Source of the DNA: an uncultured Bdellovibrionales bacterium | GTDB taxonomy: Bacteria; Patescibacteriota; Minisyncoccia; Moranbacterales; UBA1568 | Length of the DNA: 64,000 bases | Reading direction: 5' to 3' | NCBI GenBank assembly: GCA_964384235.1 | Contig: CAYLJX010000002.1 | Location: 114,660 to 178,659, forward strand | Part shown: one piece after another, positions 1 to 9,270 of the stretch | How the letters are laid out: each line of letters starts with the position of its first letter | Numbering within the stretch: position 1 is the stretch's first letter | Position numbers and translations under genes: made by a program | Notes under the pieces: model-generated | Told to the model about the DNA's origin: nothing | Seen by the model: the letters and a program-made list of their open reading frames with translations, nothing else | The model's database searches: none

Positions 1-1
1 A

Positions 2-166
2 GCGAACGACGCGACGAACACGGAAATCACGAGCGGTCTGAAGGACGGGGACAAGGTAGTGACGCAGACTATCGACGCTTCGGCGTCTTCGTCATCGAGC
101 TCTTCGAACCGGAGTAGCAGCAGCAGCGGACTGAGGATACCTGGTCTTGGCGGTGGCGGAAGGTAA
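2..166 (+). CDS. 5'-truncated C-terminus of an efflux membrane-fusion (MacA/HlyD-family) protein
   Basis: Frame from nt 2 translates to ...TEITSGLKDGDKVVTQTID... followed by a Ser-rich tail and a stop at 164-166. This resembles the C-terminal beta-barrel end of periplasmic adaptor proteins. It lies directly upstream of the ABC ATPase and permease pair. Confidence 0.4.
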   Translation, partial: ANDATNTEITSGLKDGDKVVTQTIDASASSSSSSSNRSSSSSGLRIPGLGGGGR

Positions 167-372
167 TGATTGAAAATAGAATTTTTTCCAGTGAAGTAAT
201 TTTTTTCCGACTCGCCAAACTCGAAGACCTCTTGTTACCGAAAAAATCCGCCCCCGATCAACGGCGGAGAAGCCGATTTTTTCGAACCGAAGAGGTCTTC
301 TCAGACAGTGCCGAGTTCGTCAAAAAATTCTTCTCTGTCAAAAATATTTTCTGATAGAAAGCGAACAGCAGT

Positions 373-1059
373 ATGATCCAGTGCACAGATCTCACGAAGG
401 TATACAGGAACGGCGATGTGGAGACAGCGGCACTCAAAGGCGTTTCCCTTTCGATCGACAAAGGCGAATTCGTCTCCATCGTCGGACCGTCCGGCTCCGG
501 CAAGTCGACCCTCATGCACATCCTCGGGGCGCTCGATACGCCGACGTCAGGGGAATATGTCCTCGACGGCGTACCGGTCTCGCGGATGGACGAGGACGAG
601 CTCTCCGACCTGCGGCGAGACAAGATAGGTTTCGTCTTTCAGGCGTTCAACTTGCTGCCGCGAGCGACCGTGCTCCGGAACGTCATGCTCCCGCTCCTCT
701 ACTCCGACCTCTCCGAGAGCGAGCGGGAGGAACGAGCGCGCGAGGCTTTGCGCTACGCCGGCATGGAAGAGAGCAAGTTCCAGAACCTCTCCAACCAGCT
801 CTCCGGCGGCCAGATGCAACGTGTCGCGATCGCGCGGGCGCTCATCAATCAGCCGTCGATCATCCTCGCCGACGAACCGACCGGCAACCTCGACACCCGG
901 ACGAGCCAGGTCGTGATGGAGACGTTCCGCGAGCTCAACGGGAAGGGTCATACCATCGTGCTCATCACACACGAACCGGAGATAGCGCGCTACGCCGACC
1001 GAACCATATTCGTTCGCGACGGGTTAATAGAAAAAATCGAACGCAATGATATACGCTGA
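373..1059 (+). CDS. ABC transporter ATP-binding protein (MacB/LolD/FtsE-like)
   Basis: Walker A GPSGSGKST, ABC signature LSGGQMQRVAIARAL, Walker B ILADEPTGNLD. Confidence 0.85.
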   Translation: MIQCTDLTKVYRNGDVETAALKGVSLSIDKGEFVSIVGPSGSGKSTLMHILGALDTPTSGEYVLDGVPVSRMDEDELSDLRRDKIGFVFQAFNLLPRATVLRNVMLPLLYSDLSESEREERAREALRYAGMEESKFQNLSNQLSGGQMQRVAIARALINQPSIILADEPTGNLDTRTSQVVMETFRELNGKGHTIVLITHEPEIARYADRTIFVRDGLIEKIERNDIR

Positions 1060-2263
1060 CATCCTCAAGGAAACGTTCTGGTCGCTTGCCGGCAACAAGG
1101 TCCGGTCCGGTTTGACGATCCTCGGTATCGTCATCGGTATCGCCTCGGTCATCACGATGATCGCGATCGGCCAAGGGGCGCAGGCTTCCATCGAGCAGAA
1201 CATCCAGTCCATCGGCTCCAATCTCATCATCGTCTTTCCCGGGGCGCAGCGCGGCGGCGGACTTTCCGGCGGCCGGGGGAGCGCCCAGACGCTCACGCTC
1301 GATGACGCGGAGGCCATCGCCAAGGAAACGCCGTCGGTCAAGGCGGTCGCGCCGGAAGTGACGCGCCGCTACCAGGTCACCGCCCGAGGCAACAACACCA
1401 ACACCCAGGTGATCGGGACAACGACCGACTATCCGACCGTGCGAAACGTCAAAATGAACTTCGGGACATTCGTCACCATGCAACAGATCAAGGGTTCGGC
1501 CAAGGTGGCGGTCTTGGGTCCGACGGCGCGAGACGACCTCTTCGGTGTGAATGCCAATCCGATCGGGCAGACGGTCCGCATCAACAACACCGACTTCCAG
1601 GTCATCGGCGTGGCCCAGAGCAAGGGCGGATCGGGTTTCAATAATCCCGATGACGCCATCTATGTGCCGCTCTCCTCGGCGCAGAACTTCCTTTCCGGAG
1701 ACCAGTATGTCACGTCCATCGGCGTGGCTGCGACGGATCAGAACTCCATGACGGCCGTACAGGACGGGATCACGGCGCTTCTGCGTGAACGGCACCGTAT
1801 CGCTCCCTCGGGACAGGCGGATTTCAACCTCTTGAACCAGACCGACATCGTCGCGACCGCTTCGAGCGTGACGGGTACGTTTACGATCCTCCTCTCTTCC
1901 ATCGCGAGCATCTCGCTTCTGGTCGGCGGCATCGGCATCATGAACATGATGCTCACGACCGTCACCGAACGCACCCGCGAAATCGGCCTCCGCAAGGCGG
2001 TCGGTATCCGCAAGCGTTACATCGAGCTGCAGTTTCTCGCTGAGGCGATCGTGCTCACGCTCCTCGGGGGTGTCATCGGCGTGGTGCTCGGGTGGGGAGC
2101 GTCGCTTCTGGTGGCGCAGTTCGCCGGACTCTCGACGGAAATCTCACTTTCGTCGGTACTCCTGGCCTTCGGGGTTTCGGCGGCGGTCGGTATCGTCTTC
2201 GGCTTCTATCCCGCCCGTCGGGCGAGCGAACTCAAGCCGATCGAGGCTCTGCGGTATGAGTGA
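1046..2263 (+). CDS. ABC transporter permease, FtsX/MacB family
   Basis: N-terminal TM helix, large periplasmic domain, and a C-terminal cluster of 3 TM helices typical of FtsX-like permeases. Overlaps the ATPase gene by 14 nt. Confidence 0.8.
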   Translation: MIYADILKETFWSLAGNKVRSGLTILGIVIGIASVITMIAIGQGAQASIEQNIQSIGSNLIIVFPGAQRGGGLSGGRGSAQTLTLDDAEAIAKETPSVKAVAPEVTRRYQVTARGNNTNTQVIGTTTDYPTVRNVKMNFGTFVTMQQIKGSAKVAVLGPTARDDLFGVNANPIGQTVRINNTDFQVIGVAQSKGGSGFNNPDDAIYVPLSSAQNFLSGDQYVTSIGVAATDQNSMTAVQDGITALLRERHRIAPSGQADFNLLNQTDIVATASSVTGTFTILLSSIASISLLVGGIGIMNMMLTTVTERTREIGLRKAVGIRKRYIELQFLAEAIVLTLLGGVIGVVLGWGASLLVAQFAGLSTEISLSSVLLAFGVSAAVGIVFGFYPARRASELKPIEALRYE

Positions 2264-2373
2264 TGAGATAAGCTCTAGACTTGCTTCTTCGAAAAAATCT
2301 TGGTATCGTATCTTCATCGAATTCCTCTGATTCTTCTAGGAATTTTTTTGTTTGTAAATATCTCGTTGTGAAT

Positions 2374-2766
2374 ATGTCACAGGAAAAACATCAGCATGTG
2401 CGGGTGAAACGGTCGAAGGCGGGTCTCGGACTCTTTGCACGCCGACCGATCAAGAAGGGCGAGACCGTCATCGAGTACATCGGCGAGCGGATCCGGTCAA
2501 GCGAGGGAGACGAGCGTGATAACCGTTACATCTTCAATATCAACACGCGCTTCGACATCGACGGCAGCCCGCGCTACAACACGGCCCGCTACATCAATCA
2601 TTCCTGCCGTCCCAACTGCGAGGCGATCAATCGTCGCGGCCGCATTTTCATCGTGGCCAAGCGCAACATCAAGGAAGGCGAGGAGCTCGCCTACCACTAC
2701 GGCAAGGACCACTTCGAGGGGTACATCAAACCCGCCGGCTGCGTCTGCGTCAAATGTTCTGACTGA
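2374..2766 (+). CDS. SET-domain protein (putative protein-lysine methyltransferase)
   Basis: GLGLFA...KGETVIEYIGE (SET-N), NHSCRPNCE and EELAYHYG motifs. ATG at 2374 inside the longer ORF 2281..2766. Confidence 0.75.
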   Translation: MSQEKHQHVRVKRSKAGLGLFARRPIKKGETVIEYIGERIRSSEGDERDNRYIFNINTRFDIDGSPRYNTARYINHSCRPNCEAINRRGRIFIVAKRNIKEGEELAYHYGKDHFEGYIKPAGCVCVKCSD

Positions 2767-2850
2767 ACAAGAGAGATGGCAGGTTGACACCCGGGAACCG
2801 GAGTGATAGACTTCTTTTCTTCTTTCACAATTTCACCATCGGAGGTTCGT

Positions 2851-3237
2851 ATGACGGATACACAGTTCTTGCGGGTGCTCTCCATCGCGCTCCGCATCCT
2901 GCGGCGCTCGCGGCACGGGACGCGGCCGCGACTGAAGCGACGGGAACGGGCGGTACTTGGGATTCTTATGGATCTTTCGCTCACGAGGCGGATACCTGAG
3001 GCGTATGCCGATATCCATGAGGATTTCGACTACCTGATCAGCATGGCGACATGGGAAGCGGTAGGATCACATGGACGGGCCCTCCCAAGGTTCCATAAGT
3101 ATTTGAGAGTGTACTTGAATCACAGGAACCCAGGAGAAGAGACGAACCTCTATCTCAGTCTGATCCTTCTCGGTGTGCAACACATCGTCGAAGGGGAAGG
3201 GTTGTACATCGCAAACAGTCCACGCAGGAAAGCTTGA
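2851..3237 (+). CDS. hypothetical protein
   Basis: ATG at 2851 preceded by GGAGG 6 nt upstream. No recognisable motifs. Confidence 0.4.
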   Translation: MTDTQFLRVLSIALRILRRSRHGTRPRLKRRERAVLGILMDLSLTRRIPEAYADIHEDFDYLISMATWEAVGSHGRALPRFHKYLRVYLNHRNPGEETNLYLSLILLGVQHIVEGEGLYIANSPRRKA

Positions 3238-3280
3238 AGCATGTCACGAAACATCGGCATGCTTTTTTCTTTTTCTCAAT

Positions 3281-3316
3281 GTTACACATAAACAACGGCC
3301 GTGTGTTATGTGTAAC
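3281..3316. repeat. perfect 11-bp inverted repeat GTTACACATAA / TTATGTGTAAC with a 14-nt loop, between convergent genes
   Basis: Read directly from the sequence. Lies between the 2851..3237 (+) ORF and pyrC (-). Confidence 0.6.
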
Positions 3317-3414
3317 AATACAGAAACTGTCTGAAAAGGAGTTTTGTATAAAAAACAACCCCGGCCCGTGTCTCTGCACGTTTGGTCGGGGGATGAGGCA
3401 CTTTGCCTCGGGGA

Positions 3415-4467
3415 TTAGGCCTGGACTCTCCAGCGAACCACTCCGCCGGCCCGCAGGGGGATGACGACGTCGTTCCCGAAAGGGAGCTCTTCGGGGACTT
3501 TCTGGTCTTCGTGGACGAGCGTGATGGTGTCGGTATTGCGCGGCAGGCCGTAGAAGTCCGGTCCGAAGTGGCTTGCGAACCCTTCTAATTTGTCGAGCTT
3601 CCCGACCGAATCGAACGCTTCGGCGTAGAGTCCCATCGCCGTGTGAGCCGTGTAACAGCCGGCGCAACCGCAGGCAGATTCCTTGGCGCCTTTGGCATGG
3701 GGTGCCGAATCGGTGCCGAGGAAGAACTTCGGATTGCCCGAAGTGGCGGCCACGATGAGAGCTTGACGGTGAGAATCACGTTTCAGGATCGGCTTGCAGT
3801 ACAAATGCGGATTGATCCCGTCAGCGAGCAGGTTGTTCCGATTGGCAATCAGATGATGCGCCGTGATGGTAGCGGCCAATCTGTCGACATCTATCACGAA
3901 TTCCACTGCTTCTTGTGTCGTCACATGTTCCAGGACGATCTTCAGATTGGGGAAGTCGTTGATGAGGGGGCGGAGAACACGGTCGATGAAGACACGCTCA
4001 CGGTCGAAGACGTCCACGTTCGGACTGGTCACCTCGCCGTGGATGAGAAGCGGCATGCCGACTTCCTGCATCTTTTCCAGTACGGCACGGACCTTGCGGA
4101 TATCTGTCACGCCGCCGGCAGAGTTGGTCGTGGCGCCGGCCGGATAGAGCTTGACTGCATGCACGATGCCGCTCTTCTTGGCGAGGACGATCTCATCGGG
4201 CGACGTATTGTCGGTGAGGTAGAGAGTCATGAGCGGTTGGAAGTGATGACCCAAGTCGAGTCTCTTCACTTCGGCGCAGATCGCTTCGTAATACTCCCAT
4301 GCTTGTAGCACGGCCGTGACGGGTATCTTGAGGTTGGGCATGATGATGGCTCGGCCGAACACCCTTGCGGTGTCCGGGAGCACGGCAGCCATTGCGGCTC
4401 CGTAGCGCAGATGCAGATGCCAGTCGTCAGGACGGGTGATGGTGAGGCTATCGACTTTCATTTCCAT
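3415..4467 (-). CDS. pyrC: dihydroorotase (type II, E. coli PyrC-like)
   Basis: [10 protein letters not shown] metal-binding motif. 350 aa, full-length similarity pattern to class II dihydroorotases. Confidence 0.85.
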   Translation of the reverse strand: MEMKVDSLTITRPDDWHLHLRYGAAMAAVLPDTARVFGRAIIMPNLKIPVTAVLQAWEYYEAICAEVKRLDLGHHFQPLMTLYLTDNTSPDEIVLAKKSGIVHAVKLYPAGATTNSAGGVTDIRKVRAVLEKMQEVGMPLLIHGEVTSPNVDVFDRERVFIDRVLRPLINDFPNLKIVLEHVTTQEAVEFVIDVDRLAATITAHHLIANRNNLLADGINPHLYCKPILKRDSHRQALIVAATSGNPKFFLGTDSAPHAKGAKESACGCAGCYTAHTAMGLYAEAFDSVGKLDKLEGFASHFGPDFYGLPRNTDTITLVHEDQKVPEELPFGNDVVIPLRAGGVVRWRVQA

Positions 4468-4579
4468 TTGGATCTCCTGTTACAATAGATTGTGAAAGGC
4501 CAATTGGCCGGACAAGGAAAACCCTCGACAAGTGCGAGGATTGGCGGTAGAATAGCACTTTCCAGACGATTGTCAACGT

Positions 4580-5638
4580 ATGAAAATAGCCGTGTTGGTA
4601 TCGGGCGGGGTGGACAGTTCGGTAGCTCTCCGACTCTTGAAGGACGAGGGTCACGAGCTCACCGCCTTTTACCTCAAAATCTGGCTGGAGGACGAATTGT
4701 CCTTCCTGGGCGAGTGCCCATGGGAGGAGGATTTGTCATACGTGCGGGCCGTGTGCGAGGAGGCCGGTGTGCCGCTCGAGGTCGTGCCGTTCCAAAAGGA
4801 GTACTGGGAGGAAGTAGTGGCCTACGTGATCGACGAGGTGCGATCCGGCCGGACGCCCAACCCGGACATGCTCTGTAATGCCCGGATCAAGTTCGGCGCT
4901 TTCTACGAAGCGTTCGGCAGGGACTACGATAAAGTGGCGACGGGGCATTATGCCTGGACAGAGGAGTACGACGGCAAAACGCTTTTGCGCGTGTCTCCCG
5001 ATCCCATCAAAGACCAGACGTATTTTCTTTCGCAGCTTTCACAGGAACAGGTGAGCAAGGCACTCTTTCCGATCGGGAAATATGAGAAGGGTGAGGTGCG
5101 GAAACTCGCCGAAAAGTATCATCTCCCCAACGCCAAACGAAAAGACAGTCAGGGTATCTGCTTCCTCGGTAAGATTCCCTTCGACAGGTTCCTCGAACAC
5201 CATCTGGGCAAGCGGCCGGGAAAGATCATTGAATACGAGACCAAGAAAGTCTTGGGCGAGCACGACGGTTTCTACTATTACACGGTCGGACAGCGGCGCG
5301 GCATCAGATTGTCAGGCGGGCCGTGGTACGTGGTAGGGAAAAATGCCGAGATGAACGAAGTCTACATCTCACACGGCGAGCACTACGCATTGTCTGCGCG
5401 TGATACGTTCGTGGTCGGAGGAGTGAATTGGATTTCAGGAACCGTACCGGAGAACAAAGATCTCATGGTCAAGGTTCGCCACGGTGCCAAGATGTATCCG
5501 GCGACGGTTGAGTTTCTGGAAAACGATAGGCTGAATATAACTTTAAAAGAAAAAGACCCGGGCGTTGCCGCGGGTCAGTTCGCCGTATTATACGACGGGG
5601 AGTATTGTCTTGGAGGGGGAACCATATTGGAAGGTTAA
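4580..5638 (+). CDS. mnmA: tRNA-specific 2-thiouridylase MnmA
   Basis: N-terminal PP-loop AVLVSGGVDSSVA, catalytic Cys region, typical 352-aa length. Confidence 0.85.
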   Translation: MKIAVLVSGGVDSSVALRLLKDEGHELTAFYLKIWLEDELSFLGECPWEEDLSYVRAVCEEAGVPLEVVPFQKEYWEEVVAYVIDEVRSGRTPNPDMLCNARIKFGAFYEAFGRDYDKVATGHYAWTEEYDGKTLLRVSPDPIKDQTYFLSQLSQEQVSKALFPIGKYEKGEVRKLAEKYHLPNAKRKDSQGICFLGKIPFDRFLEHHLGKRPGKIIEYETKKVLGEHDGFYYYTVGQRRGIRLSGGPWYVVGKNAEMNEVYISHGEHYALSARDTFVVGGVNWISGTVPENKDLMVKVRHGAKMYPATVEFLENDRLNITLKEKDPGVAAGQFAVLYDGEYCLGGGTILEG

Positions 5639-5702
5639 AACGGTTAACGGGTTACGAGTTAAAAAGTTAAAAACCTGTTAACCTGTGAACTTGTTAACTG
5701 GA
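5639..5702. repeat. GTTAAC-rich intergenic repeat (copy 1 of 4)
   Basis: aacggttaacgggttacgagttaaaaagttaaaaacctgttaacctgtgaacttgttaactgg. Shares the gttaac, aaaagttaaaa and gtgaac vocabulary with copies at about 21231, 45240 and 47756. Confidence 0.6.
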
Positions 5703-5720
5703 AAACAACAAGCGATTCAT

Positions 5721-6710
5721 ATGTCAATCAGAGAAGAAAAAATCGAATTTTTTGAGAAGCACCTGCTCGACTTTTTCAAGAAGGCCGGGCGGGAACATTT
5801 GCCGTGGAGGAAGAAACAGATTACGGCGTACGAGGTGTGGGTGTCGGAGATCATGCTCCAGCAGACTCAAGTTGCGCGCGTCATCTCGTACTACGAGAAT
5901 TTTTTGAAGCGTTTCCCAACGGTCGAGGAGCTTGCGCAGGCGTCGTGGGAAGAATTTCTCCCGTACTACCAGGGTCTCGGCTACTATGCCCGCGGACGAA
6001 ACATGCTCAAGGCGGCACAGATGGTCGTAAAAGAGTACGATGGAAAATTTCCACGTGACAAGAAACTTCTCGAAAGCATTCCTGGTATCGGTCCCTACAC
6101 GGCCGCGGCCATCATGAGCTTCGCCTACGGTGACGACCATCTGGCGTGGGATACCAATCTTAAGCGGGTAACGGGCAGGTTCTTTTTTGGGAGCAAGGGT
6201 GCGCCGATAGATGAGGCAGAATGGGAAAACCGTCTGACGATAAAGAGGAAAACTCTCAACGCCGCGCTCATGGATTTCGGGAGCGCGATATGCGTCGCCC
6301 GGCCCAAGTGCGGAGCGTGTTCTCTTAAGGAGAAATGTATTTACTACAAGGAGAAAGGGAATCAAGAATCTAGAATCATGAATCAAGAATTAGGAAAAGA
6401 AAAAAATCCAAAAAAAAGAACAGATTGGAAAGAGGCGCGAGCAGTAGTTATCCTGCACGAGAATCATAAGAAGTACTACTCGTCAGTGAAAAAAGAATAC
6501 AAACCGTTCGTCCTTCCGAGCGGGTACAATACGCGCGCGGGTATCAAGAAATATTTCAAGGAGAAACATGGACTCGATCTCTCTGTTCGTCCGCCGCACA
6601 AAAAATCCGTCATCAAGGGAAAACCGACGCTCTTCGTGAACGCTCAGATTCTCCTTGGCGAGCCGAAATTCACTGTGTTCTCGAAAGAGATTTTGATGAG
6701 TGACGAGTAG
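5721..6710 (+). CDS. A/G-specific adenine DNA glycosylase (MutY-family HhH-GPD glycosylase) with a Lys-rich C-terminal extension
   Basis: LQQTQV, HhH-GPD region PGIGPYTAAAIMSFAYG, and 4Fe-4S cysteine cluster CxxxxxxCxxCxxxxxC. ATG at 5721 preferred over the GTG at 5685, which lies inside the repeat. Confidence 0.7.
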   Translation: MSIREEKIEFFEKHLLDFFKKAGREHLPWRKKQITAYEVWVSEIMLQQTQVARVISYYENFLKRFPTVEELAQASWEEFLPYYQGLGYYARGRNMLKAAQMVVKEYDGKFPRDKKLLESIPGIGPYTAAAIMSFAYGDDHLAWDTNLKRVTGRFFFGSKGAPIDEAEWENRLTIKRKTLNAALMDFGSAICVARPKCGACSLKEKCIYYKEKGNQESRIMNQELGKEKNPKKRTDWKEARAVVILHENHKKYYSSVKKEYKPFVLPSGYNTRAGIKKYFKEKHGLDLSVRPPHKKSVIKGKPTLFVNAQILLGEPKFTVFSKEILMSDE

Positions 6711-6784
6711 TGCTATACTTCAAGTAAAGGATTTTTCTGTCAGTAATTTTGACTTTTGCCTTTTGAATTTTGACTTTCTTTCCT

Positions 6785-7840
6785 ATGCAACTCAAATCTC
6801 TCAATGTCTATTTCTTTTTCCTTCTGTTCCTTGGCGTGGGGGCAGTGGTGTTTTTCATCTTTCAGCCGTTCCTGACCGCCATGGTGGCGGCCGCCATTCT
6901 CGCAGCGCTCTTCGAGCCGACCTATGATACTCTCATGCGGTGGACGCGTGACCGTCGGGGAACGAGTGCGCTCCTCACGTGCCTCCTCGTCATCGCGATC
7001 ATCGTGACGCCGGTTTTCTTCGTCCTCAGTCTCGCGATCGGCGAGGCGAGCACGATCTTCCATTCTTTCGGAGAGGAAACGTCTCTCAAAAAATTCATCG
7101 GACAGAGTGTGGATTTTTTTCGCGGCATCCCGTATCTCAATCTGATCGGTGCGGACACGCTCAATCAGGACCGTATCCTGGACGATATCAAGAACCTGTC
7201 CCAGAACGCGCTCGGACTCCTGCAGGCGGCGTACCAGGGCATCACGCATTTCGTCTTCTGGGTGTTCGTGATGTTTTTCACGCTTTTCTATTTCCTCATC
7301 GACGGGCGGCGGGCAGTAGCGTTCCTCATGCGGCTTTCACCGCTTCGCGACGAGCATGACAAGCTCCTCATCAAGAAGTTCGTCTCCATCAGCCGGGCGA
7401 CGCTCAAGGGAACGCTCGTGGTCGGAGTCGTCCAGGGTTTCCTCGGGGGAGTGGCGTTCTGGATAGCAGGGGTCCCCTCGCCAGCCATCTGGGGGCTTAT
7501 CATGGTGCTCTTCTCGATCATTCCTCTCGTGGGGAGCGCGGCGGTGTGGCTGCCCGCCGGACTCATCATGCTGTTCTTGGGGAACATCTGGCAAGGTATC
7601 TTCATCCTGTCGGTCGGGGCGGGCGTGATCTCGCTCATCGACAATATCCTCCGTCCCAAGCTGGTGGGTCGCGACACGCAGATGCATCCGCTCCTGGTCT
7701 TCTTCGCGACGCTCGGCGGTATCGCGTATTTCGGTCTCCCGGGTTTCGTCATCGGTCCGATCATCGTGTCGCTCTTCATGGCGCTCGGCGAGATCTATGG
7801 TATCGAGTTCCGGAAGCAGCTGAAGGAATATAATGAATAG
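6785..7840 (+). CDS. AI-2E family (UPF0118/PerM-like) transporter
   Basis: 8-TM topology, conserved C-terminal block NILRPKLVG...HPLLVFFATLGGIAYFGLPGFVIGP. ATG at 6785; the track ORF begins at a TTG at 6770. Confidence 0.65.
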   Translation: MQLKSLNVYFFFLLFLGVGAVVFFIFQPFLTAMVAAAILAALFEPTYDTLMRWTRDRRGTSALLTCLLVIAIIVTPVFFVLSLAIGEASTIFHSFGEETSLKKFIGQSVDFFRGIPYLNLIGADTLNQDRILDDIKNLSQNALGLLQAAYQGITHFVFWVFVMFFTLFYFLIDGRRAVAFLMRLSPLRDEHDKLLIKKFVSISRATLKGTLVVGVVQGFLGGVAFWIAGVPSPAIWGLIMVLFSIIPLVGSAAVWLPAGLIMLFLGNIWQGIFILSVGAGVISLIDNILRPKLVGRDTQMHPLLVFFATLGGIAYFGLPGFVIGPIIVSLFMALGEIYGIEFRKQLKEYNE

Positions 7841-8684
7841 CTGGCAGTACATTCCCGAACATATCGACCCGATCGCGTTCACGGTCGGGTTTTTGTCTGT
7901 CCGGTGGTATGCTCTTTTTCTCCTGTTCGGGACAGTTCTGGCCTTTGCGGCGCTGCGGTGGGAAGAGAGAAAAAGAAAGAGGGAGGCTTTGTCGGAAGAT
8001 TCGTTGTGGGACCTTCTCTTGTTCGTTTTTCTCGGTGCGATCGTCGGAGGGAGGATCGGGTATGTGCTTTTTTATGATCTCCCATATTTCCTGGATCACC
8101 CTCTGGCCATCGTTTCGCTGTACGACTTCGAGCGAGAGATATGGACAGGGATCGCCGGGATGAGTTTTCATGGTGGTCTTCTCGGTGCAGCTTTGGCTGT
8201 ATTTCTTTTTGTCCGGAAAACGAAAGAAGGTTTTTGGGCGATAGCCGATCGGTTGGCGCTGGTCGCTCCGCTCGGGATCCTTTTCGGTCGGTTAGGAAAT
8301 TTCATGAACGGCGAACTCTACGGTCGGGTGACGGAGAAACCGTGGGGGATGTATTTTTCCTCCTCGGATACACCCTTTCTTCTCCGACACCCGTCACAGC
8401 TCTACGAGGCTCTGTTGGAAGGAGCGGCACTTTTTGTTCTTCTTTTCATCTTGAAAAAGAAAACGAGTCTGGCCCCTGGTTTGCTTGCAGTGATTTTTCT
8501 CATCGGCTACGCGACGATACGTTTCATGGTCGAGTTTTTCCGTGAACCGGATCTGCAGATCGGCGTCGTGTTCTGCGGTCTGACGATGGGGCAAGGGCTC
8601 TCCTTAGGTATGTTTTTCTCTGGAATCGTCCTTTTCGGATGGCTGAGACGGAGAAAACGTGCTATACTGCCCGAAGTAAACTAG
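7833..8684 (+). CDS. lgt: prolipoprotein diacylglyceryl transferase
   Basis: Lgt signature GRLGNFMNGELYG. Polytopic membrane protein. Start overlaps the upstream stop. Confidence 0.8.
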   Translation: MNSWQYIPEHIDPIAFTVGFLSVRWYALFLLFGTVLAFAALRWEERKRKREALSEDSLWDLLLFVFLGAIVGGRIGYVLFYDLPYFLDHPLAIVSLYDFEREIWTGIAGMSFHGGLLGAALAVFLFVRKTKEGFWAIADRLALVAPLGILFGRLGNFMNGELYGRVTEKPWGMYFSSSDTPFLLRHPSQLYEALLEGAALFVLLFILKKKTSLAPGLLAVIFLIGYATIRFMVEFFREPDLQIGVVFCGLTMGQGLSLGMFFSGIVLFGWLRRRKRAILPEVN

Positions 8685-8856
8685 AGCCTATCCCAAAAAT
8701 ATTCTTTGACTGGATTTCCCTGAATTTCGGCTGCAACGTCTTCACCACTCGTCGGAATAAAGCTATTATTCCTCCTCGTGCTTCAACCGTTTCGCTCGAA
8801 ATTCAGAAAAATCGTCCGAAAGCTATTTTTGAGATAAGCTTTATGAAATATTTCTT

Positions 8857-9270
8857 ATGTTTCCAAAAAACATCTGGATCGTGATCGTTCTTGCGCTGGC
8901 GCTCATCGGCGGACTCGTCGTGTGGGGGATGCAGGAAGAAAAGAGCGACGAGACGGCTTCATCCGGCATCACCTACTACTACGGCGAGGGCTGTCCGCAC
9001 TGCAAGGTCATTTCCGAGTTCCTCGAAGCCAACAAGATCGCCGAAAAGGTGCAGTTTACCAAGAAGGAGGTCTGGGCGAACCGCGCCAACGCGCGCGAGA
9101 TGGAAAAGCGTGCCAAGGTCTGCAATCTGGCCTCCAGTGAGACCGGTGTCCCGTTCGTCTTCGACAGGAGCGAGAACAAATGCTATATCGGGGAACCGGA
9201 CGTGAAGGGATTCTTCATGAAAAAGGCCGGCATGGAAACGGAAGCATCGCAGCCTGAAAACAAAGAGTAA
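8857..9270 (+). CDS. membrane-anchored thioredoxin-fold protein with CPHC active site (putative extracytoplasmic thiol-disulfide oxidoreductase)
   Basis: N-terminal TM helix, then YYYGEGCPHCK (CxxC) and a second Cys later. Confidence 0.55.
   Translation: MFPKNIWIVIVLALALIGGLVVWGMQEEKSDETASSGITYYYGEGCPHCKVISEFLEANKIAEKVQFTKKEVWANRANAREMEKRAKVCNLASSETGVPFVFDRSENKCYIGEPDVKGFFMKKAGMETEASQPENKE

Noticed and set aside
381-1049. Numerous long ORFs in alternative frames or on the opposite strand of clearly annotated genes. Examples: 381..1049(+), 965..1795(-), 6740..7249(-), 7337..7882(-), 15538..16746(-), 32838..34469(-), 34378..35373(-), 36346..37323(-), 37730..39148(-), 39672..41069(-), 43829..44872(-), 49242..50453(-), 55702..57075(-), 60939..62036(+).
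   Set aside because: They overlap strong, motif-bearing genes and have Arg/Pro/Gly-rich composition typical of spurious frames in GC-rich DNA. No recognisable domains.
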